Assembly: GCF_001447785.1 (NCBI RefSeq)
Contig: NW_015161420.1
Span: 117,730-181,729, forward strand
Source of the DNA: Gekko japonicus
Lineage: Eukaryota
Direction of reading: 5' to 3'
DNA length: 64,000 nt
A program made the translations under genes and the position numbers. This document shows, piece after piece, positions 23,083 to 34,328 of this stretch (positions within the stretch are counted from its first letter, which is position 1; every line of letters begins with the position of its first letter). Under the pieces are notes generated by a model. The model was not told the origin of the DNA. It saw only the letters and a program-made list of their open reading frames with translations, and did no database searches.

Positions 23083-23124
23083 ATCACTTCTCAGACTTTT
23101 GGCTAAGATTACGTGCAATATCTG
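23083..23124 (+). pseudogene. 3'-truncated (tailless) U2 snRNA retrocopy, U2 nt 1-42
   Basis: 35/42 identity to ATCGCTTCTCGGCCTTTTGGCTAAGATCAAGTGTAGTATCTG; 18-bp direct repeat ATCTGAGTATGTGCTTGT at 23063-23080 and 23120-23137. Confidence 0.85.
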
Positions 23125-25659
23125 AGTATGTGCTTGTAGACTAGTTTGTCTCCTCTTATCTGTTGCCAGGTTTGGGCCGCTCCTTATGTCAAGCCCCTCT
23201 GGATTGCCAGTCTTGAGAAGGAATTTTATGGTAACTTGATTGCTTTAGTCACAGTGGTGACACTTAGAAAGTATAAGAAGTATTTGTGTGAGAGAGCTCA
23301 GGGGTTTGGTTAGAGGTGTGACATTTGTGGAGCCAGCTGGATTTCTGGTGGATAGTGTGGTTGTAGATCAAAGGGTAGCATATGGGGCAATGCAAATTCA
23401 AGTCCCCAGTTAGTGATGACATTCACTCATAGGCGTTAGAAAGTCCTTATTTCTCTAACCATGCCTACCTTAAAGGATTCAAAGAAGATAAAATGGGGGG
23501 GGGGAGCCCATGTTGCTTTGGGTAGGATACAAATGTGGGAAGAATGATAGAAGAGATAAAAGCAACAGTTTGGCTGTCAGATGCCACATATAAAAGATCA
23601 CACCCTTGACCATGTTACTGTGGAACAGTTGCCACCCCTTAGCTGAGTATTCATAATAATGTGGTTTAGAAACCCTGTTTCCCTCCAGCATTAATTAAGT
23701 TGATGGGAAATGCCACCTTTAGACATTCTTGGATCTCCTTGGTTGTGAATAGGACAGGTGTTTAAGGAATATTAGTTTAAAAAATATTGAGTATGTTTTG
23801 ATCTTATTTTATTCCCAAGTGAAATCACAAAGTAGCTTTTAACCCTCTTTAAGTACTTCTTGAGGGGGATGTACAGAGAAATCAGGGTTTAAGGAGGAGA
23901 CTGATGTAATCTTGAAGCAGAGAAGACTTTTAAAGATTGAATATGTGACTATTGTGTCTTCAAGACATCTATGTTGCATAGTGGTTTATTTAGATGACTG
24001 GGTAAGGCTTTGAGTCAGGTTGCATAACAGGAAGGAAAGGGGTTTTTTGAACTGTTGGTCTTCAATATTTTGGCGCCAGTAAGAAACTGAAGGAAGTACA
24101 ATTCTCCCCCCATTGGGCCTGACTCTAGCGCTCTTCAGGGTCCCGGATGGAGAAGAAATGCAGATTATGCTGTCATTTGTGAGATCAGGTTTGCTGAGGC
24201 ACGGACACTTGGCCCTATCATGACGCCCTGTTCCGAGTGAAAACAGAGACTGGTGGTTTCCAAGCGTATTGTCATGGTGGCAGCCGAAATTGAGCTTATG
24301 TTCCGATCATCCCCAATGCCCCTATATGTGTGTGCAGGTCACCAGCTGCTGTTCTTGCCTGGGGCAGAGAAAAGAGCTCCCCTTCACTTCAGCCCTGTGG
24401 GTGGCAGCATCTTAATGGAGTTTTGTATTGAATAATGGTGGTGGAAGAGGAGGGAGGGAGGGTCTGTTCCAGTCTGGACTGGTCCTGTCTAGTTCTTTCC
24501 TTCCTGCCACGGTGTGAACAATGCTGCTGTTGCTGCCGCGGCTTGCGACAGGCATCCCCCACCCCATGCGTCTCTCTGAGTGTGGCGAGCGCATGCAACG
24601 CCAGCCTCCCTTCCCCTCCCCTGTCTGCCCGGTTACAGTGTGGTAAAAAAGTGCTACTCTCTCATCCACAGCAGGCGCTTGTCTCCTCTGCCTTTTGGGC
24701 AGCCGGTAGTGCTGAGCTGCTCTTAACAGCCGCCAGCAGAATTGGTGTGCGTGTGTGTGAAAGATGGGGGAAGGCAGGAGAGAGCTGAGACTGCTCCTTA
24801 AATGAGCTAGGGGGGCCTTGTTAGTGGCACACAATGGATACATTTCTATTCTTTGAGATTCAGGTCTGCTGTTCAAAGAAGCTGCACAAATGATTGGCTC
24901 CTCTGCTTGGTTGGTGTCTGATCCAAAGGGAATGTTGAATTCTAAGCGCTTTCAATCCCTAAAGGTTATTTTTGATGGCTAGTAAGAAACTGCCATGTTA
25001 AACATGGCTTGAGATGAAGGAGTTTACATTTGTATTTTCTCCCTTCCCCCTCTTCTTATGAAATCAGTTTAATTGCATATAAAGTAACCTTGGTGTTAGC
25101 AACAATGGCTTCTGGAGCTGAAAGGAGGAAAGCTTTAACTAGGAGAGCAGACAGTGTCTGGGATAAAGGGATAGTGTTTTTTGTGTGATTTTTTTTTTAC
25201 ACATGTTCTGGAATTTGACATGGTTGGTAGGTGGGTTAAACCTACTGCCACTCCGCCTGTCTGTTTCATGACACAATAAAGTTTCAGATACTTTGCTCAC
25301 AAATTATAGATTAATTAATGTTTATTTTCTTCAACTTGTTGAGACTTTGCCATAAAAATAGAACACCTGAGCTGTTCTGCCTGCACAAGAGGATGTTGTA
25401 ATTTAATTTGTGGACTGTGATGAATTTGTGTCAAACGGCAATCATACTTGAACAGCTGGAATGTAGATCTTATGGTGCACTTTGAAGTGTGCATTTATTT
25501 AAGTGGTACATACTGGGTCAAAAGACTACTATTTCCATTACATTTCCTTCTCTGGCATGAAAAGGAAGGTTTCTTGAAAAATGTTTACTTAAGTTACAGA
25601 ACTACAGTGGGAGCTCATGTTTTAGTTGATTACTTTCTGTACAGAGGACGGCGGAAAAC

Positions 25660-25733
25660 AGGAGGGCCTGGCAAGATATTCTCCATGGGGTCGCAAAGAG
25701 TCGGACTCGACTGTGCGACTGAACAACAACAAC
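25660..25733 (+). mobile_element. RTE/Bov-B LINE 3' end
   Basis: GGAGGGCCTGGC...CCATGGGGTCGCAAAGAGTCGGACTCGACTGTGCGACTGAAC(AAC)n; a second copy lies on the minus strand at 61647-61716. Confidence 0.8.
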
Positions 25734-26093
25734 ATATATGTACAATCTGTCTTTGAATGCTTATTCAGGAGTCCAAATTTTATTGAGTTAATTGGGGCTT
25801 ATTCCCAGTCAAGTATAAACAGTATATTCTTGGTGAATATAGTTCTGCAAGACAGAAGTTTTGGCTACATAATAAAAATATTTACCTGTTGTATTATGTT
25901 AAAAGAGTTGAGTTTTCCACTGGCTCCTACTCTTCTTTGTGTCCTAGTGGGGTGTGCATGCGTGCAAAGAATGGCCTTTCATCTGTGAATTTAGAAAATG
26001 TAATGTTTTCTTGATAACAAAATGGCATAGAGTCTTCTAAACTCTTCTAAAATGTTACTGTCAGTTGTTAAGCATTGTTTTTAATACATTAAG

Positions 26094-26442
26094 GTAAAAG
26101 GTAAAGGTTCCCTTGCTCGAAAGCCAGTCGAATCCAACTCTAGGGTTGCGGTGCTCATCTCCGTTTCAAAGCCGAAGAGCCAGCGCTGTCCGAAGACGTT
26201 TCTGTGGTCATGTGGCCGGCATGACTAAACACCAAGGCGCACAGAACGCTGTTACCTTCCCACCGAAGTGGTACCTATTTATCTACTTGCAATTTCTTGC
26301 TTTCGAACTGCTAGGTTGGCAGGAGCTGGAACTAGAGACAGGAGCTCACCCTGTCTTGCGGCACCCGGGTCTTGAACCGCTGAACTACTGACCTTCCACA
26401 GCCTGCAGTTCAGCGTCTTAACCACTTGAGCCACCGCAGCTC
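26094..26442 (-). mobile_element. Full-length Sauria SINE in AZIN1 intron 1
   Basis: Closely similar to 18544-18891; 15-bp TSD TTTTAATACATTAAG (26079-26093, 26443-26457). Confidence 0.9.
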
Positions 26443-27419
26443 TTTTAATACATTAAGAACTAATAAAATTTTATTTTACTTCACTTGGTATTTGTATATT
26501 TGCATGATAGTGCCAGTTCAATAAATGGCTAGTAATCTAGAATTCAAGTACTATTTGAATATGAAAATGATGGCTATTTATGTATGATATAGCTCCTACA
26601 AATAAGAGGCACTTATTAAAAATAAAAAGTCCTTGCCCAAAGCACATATAGGTTGGATGGGGACTATATATTAATAATTCCAAGAAATATTAGTGTTGCA
26701 GTTGCCCTCTGCCCCTATAGATGTGAAATTTTTGAACATTTTGAAGACATGGAAAAATTGATTCTTTGAGATTCAGAAATTTTAGAAAAATGGAAATACA
26801 TGTTATATTTAACAAGGCTACTGCTTCTTTACTTCTTTAATTACCTACTGCTTCTTTACTGCTTTAACTACATAAATGCATAGTATATAACTTGGCCAAT
26901 AAATATGCCAAATAGTACAATTTTATGGAACGTAAAAGTATACATGAGTTGCAGTCCAGTCTTAACCAAGACTGCAACCTTTTAAAACTATGGATTTATA
27001 GTGGTGTAATTACACTGTTTTCTATAGGCAAAGCTGCAAATATATCCTGTGCGAGGGGGAAAAATAGAAAATACAGATTTTGTAGTAAAGAAAAAATTAC
27101 TTGGACAGAAATAGTTTCATATAGTCAAATAGGGCTAGCAGCATATTTGGATATAGTTCTACTTTATAATTTAGAAAATGCTGAACTATTCAGTAGTGTG
27201 TTATAATCTAAAGTTTATTAATTGTGGAAAGAATGCTTGAAAATTATTATGCTTGTCTGCAGCATACACTGGAGTTACCATTATCTAATGTTTATTCTTA
27301 CACCAAAAATCACACATTTTGACTAAAACATTACCTTAAACCTTTTGCTCATTACAAAAGGGAAAGTATTCCACAGGGTTTTTTGTTTTACTGGACCTTT
27401 GCATCATCATCATCTTCCC

Positions 27420-27615
27420 CCAGTAGCACATACTTTGCATGCAGAAGGTCCCAGGTATAATTTTTGGCATCTGCAGTGAATAATATCCTTGGCAACAGGT
27501 GCTGGGAAAGCCATCCTCCTGAGGTTTTGGAGACCAGTTGCCAGGAAGAGTAGGGAGTACTATTAGGTAAGATGGACCATTGGTCTGACTTGGTTTATAC
27601 CAAACAGCATCACAT
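27420..27615 (+). mobile_element. Squam2-like SINE, diverged
   Basis: CTTTGCATGCAGAAGGTCCCAGG...GATGGACCATTGGTCTGAC, similar to the 5058 and 9884 copies. Confidence 0.55.
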
Positions 27616-27999
27616 AGTGGTTGCAGCTGTCTGCACCTTGTTCTCACACAGTCCAAGTGGGTGTGGCAGAAGCAAGATAAGAGACAGCAAGAGGTGAAGT
27701 GCTAAACTCTGAGATTAGCACACACACACACCCACCTGCACTCCCTTTATATAGCTTTGGATCTTTCCAGATCCACTTACAGGTCTTAAAGGCACTGTTT
27801 TACAAAAAATCCCCAAAAACTTTAAAGGAAAACTCCAGTGTAAAAGTGCTGAATTACAATTTGTCGACTTTTGACATAGCTCTCTGTAACTCAGCCCCAT
27901 GAGAGGCTGGAAGCTTTAATCTCTCTCATCATTAGGTATAAAAAACGCTTCTGTTCCAATCCTTTATACATGAATTAATTTGGAATAGTTTACTATGAA

Positions 28000-30400
28000 G
28001 ACGTTAGGTTTGACTCAGGAAAACTTATGGTGAAATAAACTGGGTAGGTCTTCAAGGTGCCACTTGATTTCTGGTTTATTTGGCCACCCAGCCATTGCAT
28101 AGCCGTAAAGCCCAGGCATCTAAAGCCAAGGTTAAGTCTTGCCTAAGGCCATCCTGAGAGCAGGAAACCCAACACCCACTAGGTGCAGAGCCAGTAGGAA
28201 CAGTTCAGTTTCACTATCATAGTTGGAAGTTTCTGATTTGGGCTTGGTAAAGATTTAGAGGAATCACCACAGGTGTAATCCCAGTCTAAACCCAATGGGA
28301 CCAAACAAGTGTTCCTCACACTGAAAGCTATGGAGAAGATAGTTCCATTCCCTGAGTTCTCTTAATCCCTAATGAAAGAGGAATGGACAAAGCCTTTATC
28401 AAATTATTTAGGGCTAGGCTTCTGTGCTTTACCTAAGGCTGTCCTTGGTCAGATGCCAGTTGTGGATGCTCTAGTAGTATCTTGGTCTCAGGGCAGTGAT
28501 GCCTAAGGATTGGGTCTAGAGCAGTCTGCACTCATGAACCAAAATCAGTTTTCCCAAGGGAAGATTTTTTTTGGCTGATTCTCAAGTTCTGGTGATCAGA
28601 GATGTGAGCCTTGTAGGCTGCAGTGCCCATTGCCAAAGGAGTCTCTTCATGGAGTCTATAGTCTGCAAAAGAAAGCAGCACTCGTCAGGTTGTCTGTAAT
28701 ACACTTAATTCCTGGTTTATGGCATCTACAGATTTTGTGAAGGACAGACATACTGTTGCAAAGGCTCAAGTCAATTAACAGGGCAGATCTAGGTGCAGGT
28801 CTGTACAGCTGCCAATCTGATAGAATGGGTGAAAACATCTGTACTAAAATGACTGGAAACACATCTGTACAGTGTGCACAACATTCAAATGGAACTGGTT
28901 GAGTCACAACCATGTTAACTAAGTGGAATGATCTCTGAAATGGCTATCTACCTGCTGACCAGAAATACCAGAGATGGACACCTCCATACAAGATCACAGT
29001 GGACAGATTTTTTCACTAGGTACATGTGCTCAGGAATGGAGCAAGTAGATGCCCTGATGCTCCTTGGCCACAGGGACTTCTTTCTACTTTCCATCCAGTT
29101 CCACTTATTCCTCATTCAGTCAGGAAACTTGAACTGGAAAGAGCTTGTGTAGTTTGTGTGGCCTTTTATTATGGCTAGGATGTGATTCTACTCAGCTGGC
29201 ATCCCCCACAAAGTGTTCTTGGAGGTGGGTTTCCCTGTTATGCCCGTCTGCTGTCCAGATTTCCAATACAGCAAACTGAAGTGGTACTCCAGGGATTCAC
29301 TTCCTCTTTGAGTCACTGTGGGAAGTACTTTTGATGAGTCTGATGTTGAAAATGCTTTCTGTGGTGGCATAATCGGGCCCTACAGCAGTGATACACAATG
29401 GCTCAAGAGCTGTATGTGGCTCTTTGGCATGTTACCTGTGGCTCTTCCCCATAGGATACCCATCCTATGTTCTAGGAAAGTGAGCAAGGTCATTTCCACC
29501 TAGGCAATCTCACTCTGTTGCCTGACCTATTATGTCTCATGCTGAGGGAAGGCAGAGAGGGAAGGTTCAAGGGTGGTAGAAAGAGACAACCCTACGTGTG
29601 CACTGTGCAGAGGTATTCCAGTAACTTAAAATGTTAGTTACATATATTAATAACTATCTTGTGTGTGTTTGGTGGGGTGGCACACAAGAGCATGAAATAG
29701 TTTTATGGTAGCAGGTAACTGCAAATGTGGTTCTCTACGAGTTGCAGAGCGAGTACCATTGCCCTAGAGAGTCAGATCTGGAGCTTTTCCCAAACATCCT
29801 GGGCTGCGCATATTTCACAGAAATGAAGTGGCCCTCCAAAACTTTCTCATCCCACCCAAATGGACAGTGGGTGTTTCATTCCAGACAGGAACTTTCCTGT
29901 CCTTCTTTTGTCCTAAGCCTCTACATCCTCTGGAGAAGGAGTGGCATATTGTTGTGTGCTCATAGATTTCTTAAAATTCATACCAGCAGAACTGCAGCCA
30001 TCAGAATATTTTTATGCTCTTCTGTCTGATGAACTGAGGCAAGAAGGGCTCTAAGTCATAATTGATTAGGTGCTTAAAGAATTGTATGTCATTAACCTGC
30101 TCTGTGCAAGGTAAGCAAACATCCATGTGCATTGCAGCACAGTCTGTTAGATGTGAAGTTATTTCAGCAGCCTTCAGCGCTTGCACTCCTATTGAAGAGG
30201 TATGTAAGGCAATGACATCACCTTGAATGTTAAAAAGTGTCACAAAGTGGATACTCTCAGCTTGGCTAATATGGTGGTCAGGTGTAGGTTGCTCAAGGAG
30301 GTCAATTAACAAAACATTCCGGCATGTGGGTATAGCTAGGGAGTCCCATTCAGATGAGATGTCCAGTAACAATATCTAGCGATCAGGATGCTGTTCTACT
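28000..30400. mobile_element. Highly decayed DIRS-like remnant(s)
   Basis: Minus-strand ...KCITDNLTSAAFF resembles the DIRS RNase H TDNxxA motif; ...HTSSIGVQALKAA loosely resembles the YR HSxR box; diverged inverted similarity between ~29636-29740 and ~31940-32060. Confidence 0.3.
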
Positions 30401-30854
30401 CTGAGTGAGAGAACACTAAACATACGTTAGTGTTCCCTCTACTTAGAAGTAATGAGAATATCCTGCCCTTCCATGCCCTACCCCTCTGTTCTTTAGCACC
30501 ATGTTAAACAACCAATGTCAGTCTCTCAGGTTTCAGAAAGGCATATGGCTTGCTGATAAAAGTAGATTTACCAAGCAGCTTTAAACCCCTCTGCAGCACA
30601 GTAAATTTTAAAAAGTATAAATGAATCAAACTCAAAGCATTTATGGTTGTATTTACCAGAATATAATGTCTTTCCTTTGAGTCAGTATTTCTTGAAGGTA
30701 GTTCATTTCCAACAGCCAGAAGTTGGAAATGGAGAGGTTCATACTCTCTGCATTCTTCCTAGCCCCCATACTGGAATGGTTTTATGTAGCTTAGCTTAAC
30801 ATCTTCTCATTTGGAACTTAACACCAGGTCTCTTGGGAAATATTACACCATGTA

Positions 30855-31790
30855 CATTTTATTTTAGATTTCAGAACAGAAAAGGAAGATGTCAATAATA
30901 CATAAAACCATTCTTACAAACAAAACACTATTTAGGTGAGACACACTCTGATGAAAAAATAAAAGAAAATGAGATACAAGAATTCTGTGAACCTAAAAGG
31001 GAATACACGTAAATGTAACACTCAAAACAATAGATTTATAGAAGTCTAAAGGAACTATTATAAATCCAAACAAGTGAAAACTCCCCACAAAGTTGATTAA
31101 AATATAGAAATAAATTTATACTGGTCTGGAATAGGTAAATATGAAGCATTTTCACTCATCGTGTACACTAAAAAGGTAACAATTTTTCCATAATAGTAGT
31201 TTAATGGTAACACGTATCAAAGGAAGAGATTTGCTAAGAAATATTATCCATTATAGTCCCAGATTTTCCTGTGCCAAAGCGTTATAGTTGGCGGATTTTT
31301 ATTCTTTCAGTGAGAAGCTATTAATGCCTTTGCCACTACAAGTAAGATTGCAATTAAATTCTTCCGCACCGGTAGAATCTCCCAATCTTCCAATTTTTTT
31401 TAGAAGTATTGCTTCTGGACTTGAGGGTGGTTTATAGCCTGTGATTAATTCAATATGGCCTAAAATGTTATCCCAATAAGTTGCTATTAAGGGACACTTC
31501 CACCAACAGTGAATAAAACTACCAGGTTTTCTGCACCCTTTCTAGCAAAGTATTACTGTTCTGAAGCTTTAATGTAGTATAGCTTTAACAGCATTAGGTA
31601 CCATCGTGTCAAAATTTTGAGAGAGTAATTTAAAATTAATAACATTTGACTGAAGTATATAAAATTGCCAAATTTCTCCCCAATTTTTCCCCAATGTTGT
31701 GGGGTAGAGATAGAACTAAGTCTAGATCTCCATTTTTAATAATTATGTCTAACTCATTAATTTTAATCTAAACTTGTTCCTGATAAACTT
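30855..31790 (-). mobile_element. L1 ORF2 3' fragment
   Basis: Minus strand encodes a degenerate C-terminal zinc knuckle (C*KGCRKPGSFIHCWWKCP) followed by an A-rich tail. Confidence 0.7.
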
Positions 31791-33689
31791 GAGATAGTAA
31801 ACATTAAGTATGTTCTACAGTTTTCACATCCTAGCTTTCTTTTTGGTAGTATCTGGTTTGCAGAATGCTGGGCTTACTGAACTTCTCTATCACTCATGCA
31901 GTCAGTCCCCCTAGAACACACCAGAACAGTAGCATTCACTGTGTAGCTCATTAGCAATCACCTGCCGCTAAAAGAGCCACATGCCTGTTGTATGCCCAGT
32001 GTGCCACCCCAAACACACACACAGTGATGTAACTATTAGTATTAAACATGTAGCTGTAACTATGTATCTGGAATGAGGGGAAGGGCTTCTTTTTCTACCT
32101 CCTTACTCTCCAGCATGAGGCACAGCAGCCCAGGCAAAATAATGTGGTTGCCATGTCACAGGGAGGAGGGCTAGCTGGCTGTGGAAAATGGGGAAGCAAC
32201 ATCCCACCCCCCATGTCCAGTTTCCTATCCTCCTGACAGTTGTAGAGAAGAGTGGGGCAACTGAAGAGGATGGACCCTTTACTTCCTACCAAGGCCTCCT
32301 ACTTAAGGAGGAGGAGTCTCACATCTTACTTTTCCTCTGATCTCTGTGGTGGTGACTGTTTAAAGTTGTGAACCACCTGTTTACCACAAGCTCTAGCAGG
32401 CAGTAGCCTTGCCCAGTTTCCTGAAACATGGGTTGAGTGCCACCTTGGGGAATGGTGCTCAGAAGAGCCCACAGGTGGCTCTTGAGCCATTGAGTGACTA
32501 TCACTGCATCAAACTTTTCCATGTAGTGGCACATTGCAGGATGGTCCCCAAGTCTTTCAGAAAAGCTTGTCTTCCATTTCTGTCTTCTCACTGAAGAGTC
32601 CTAGGTCTGTCTTGAACAGTAGTTCTCAAGCAGTAGTGTGTGTACCACTGGTGCAATGCAGAAGTAGTCCAGGACCTAAAACAGGGGGTTTCATAACAAT
32701 GACCAAGAATTGATTTCCCCCTCTATTGACATGTCTGTTAGCAAGGGTGACACGCCATCTCCAGCTGACCTTGCCTGCCATGGACTATCCATCTGTGATT
32801 TTTGGCATTCTAGTAGTAACCTAAGACACCTGGTGCTTCTCCTAGTTCCCCTGCCCATCAGCAAGTGTCTTTGATGCACTGCTTCCTGTCAGCCCTGTCT
32901 GCGAAGGATTATCCTTTAATGCAAGAACATAAAAATTACTCCCAGCAATACTATTGCAATTCTTTTATGTCCTTGAAACTTACCATATATGATAAATAAA
33001 CAGAATCACTGAAAGCATGTGTACATCCTTCTAGGGAAAAGTGGGCTTTTTGTTTCTATCATGGTGGGACCCAGGTTTTTTTATAGGGTGGTTGGTGGGA
33101 CATTAGATAAGGAAAGGTTGAGAACCACTGGTCTAGAACATGGTTTGAAAATAACTTACTTTGGCTAATACTTGATAATGTAAAGGTCTTGCCCTTAAAA
33201 CTTGGTTGCTCAAGTCTTTCAAGCACAGCTTTTTCCAGACTGTGTTAATACTGAAACAGCTATTGCTTGGGATGCAACCATGATGATCTACTGTACATGG
33301 AATATGTGACATTTGCGTAGGTCTTGCTTGGTGCATTTTGAACTGGCTCCCTCTTCAAAATGTCTTCGAATACGAAGTATCTTTTTCTTGTATTCCCTGA
33401 ATCAACATTCTCAAAGTTTAAAGAGTTTTTTTAATGTGCATAGTTTCTGAAAATTGTACTTGTCTTGTTACAAAAATTCGCTTGTTAACATGAATACTGA
33501 ACACTATAACATTCAAGAGCATATTGTGATGTGGATAATCTTGTTCTTGTGAACATGGAAGTGAGCTTTGAATTGTCTCCAACACCCATGCCCTCATAGC
33601 AGCCTGCATATCCCATGGAAGATGCTTTCTTCAGAAATGTGCATTGGGGCAGAAAAGATTGCTGCTAGGAGAACAAGAAATTGTATGTG

Positions 33690-33945
33690 CTACGAGACCA
33701 GAGGTCCATCAGTGGCTATTAGCCACAAGGTATAGATAGGAACTCTCAGTCTGGGGCAAGTGATGCACTGTATTCTTGGTGCTTGGGGGGGCTACAGTGG
33801 GAGGGCTTCTAGTATTCTGGCCCCACTGATTGACCTCTTGATGACACCTGGTATTTTTGGCCACTGTGACAGAGTGTTGGACTGGATAGGCAATTGACCT
33901 CATCCAACATTGGTTTCTCTTATGTTCTTATGTTTGTTCTTATGA
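33690..33945 (+). mobile_element. CR1-related 3' fragment with (TTCTTATG)n tail
   Basis: GGCCACTGTGACAGAGTGTTGGACTGGAT...CTCTTATGTTCTTATG; a similar piece lies at ~40245-40316. Confidence 0.6.
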
Positions 33946-34190
33946 GAGTGACTATAAACTGAATAAGGAATATGGCTAAATTTCAGTTCAGTGAACTAAA
34001 TGTATCTTTTGCTGAAGGACAGGTCTTGGGCAACTGATGTTGAGTGTTTGTAGCTTGTAAATGTACAGCCCCCCTTTAAAACCTGAATTTATGTACCATG
34101 GTGCACATATTTGGAGGCAACGTTATGTGGGCTGGATTTTCTTCCAGCTGTTGCATGCACTAAATAGTTGCATATGTATTTTCTCTGCAG

Positions 34191-34295
34191 GGCAAACTCT
34201 CTGACCAGGTTTACAACTATCCAGAGGGTTTAGGAGAAGTGCTTTATCGAGAACAGTTCGACTTCAACGCTGAGCCACCTTGGGAACCTAGCTGA
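34191..34295 (+). CDS. AZIN1: AZIN1 uCC, part 2: GKLSDQVYNYPEGLGEVLYREQFDFNAEPPWEPS* (52 aa in total)
   Basis: In frame with the exon 1 part; PPW at 34275-34283; PS-stop at 34287-34295. Confidence 0.92.
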   Translation, partial: GKLSDQVYNYPEGLGEVLYREQFDFNAEPPWEPS

Positions 34296-34328
34296 TGATA
34301 GTAGGGTTCCATCTCCTAACTTGTCCAT
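34191..34328 (+). other. AZIN1: AZIN1 exon 2 (5' leader)
   Basis: Acceptor TTTTCTCTGCAG|G, donor CAT|GTAAGT. Confidence 0.9.

Noticed and set aside
24100-24900. Moderately CpG-rich, repeat-free stretch of intron 1 as a putative enhancer
   Set aside because: Plausible, but there is no decisive motif cluster; conservation or chromatin data are required.
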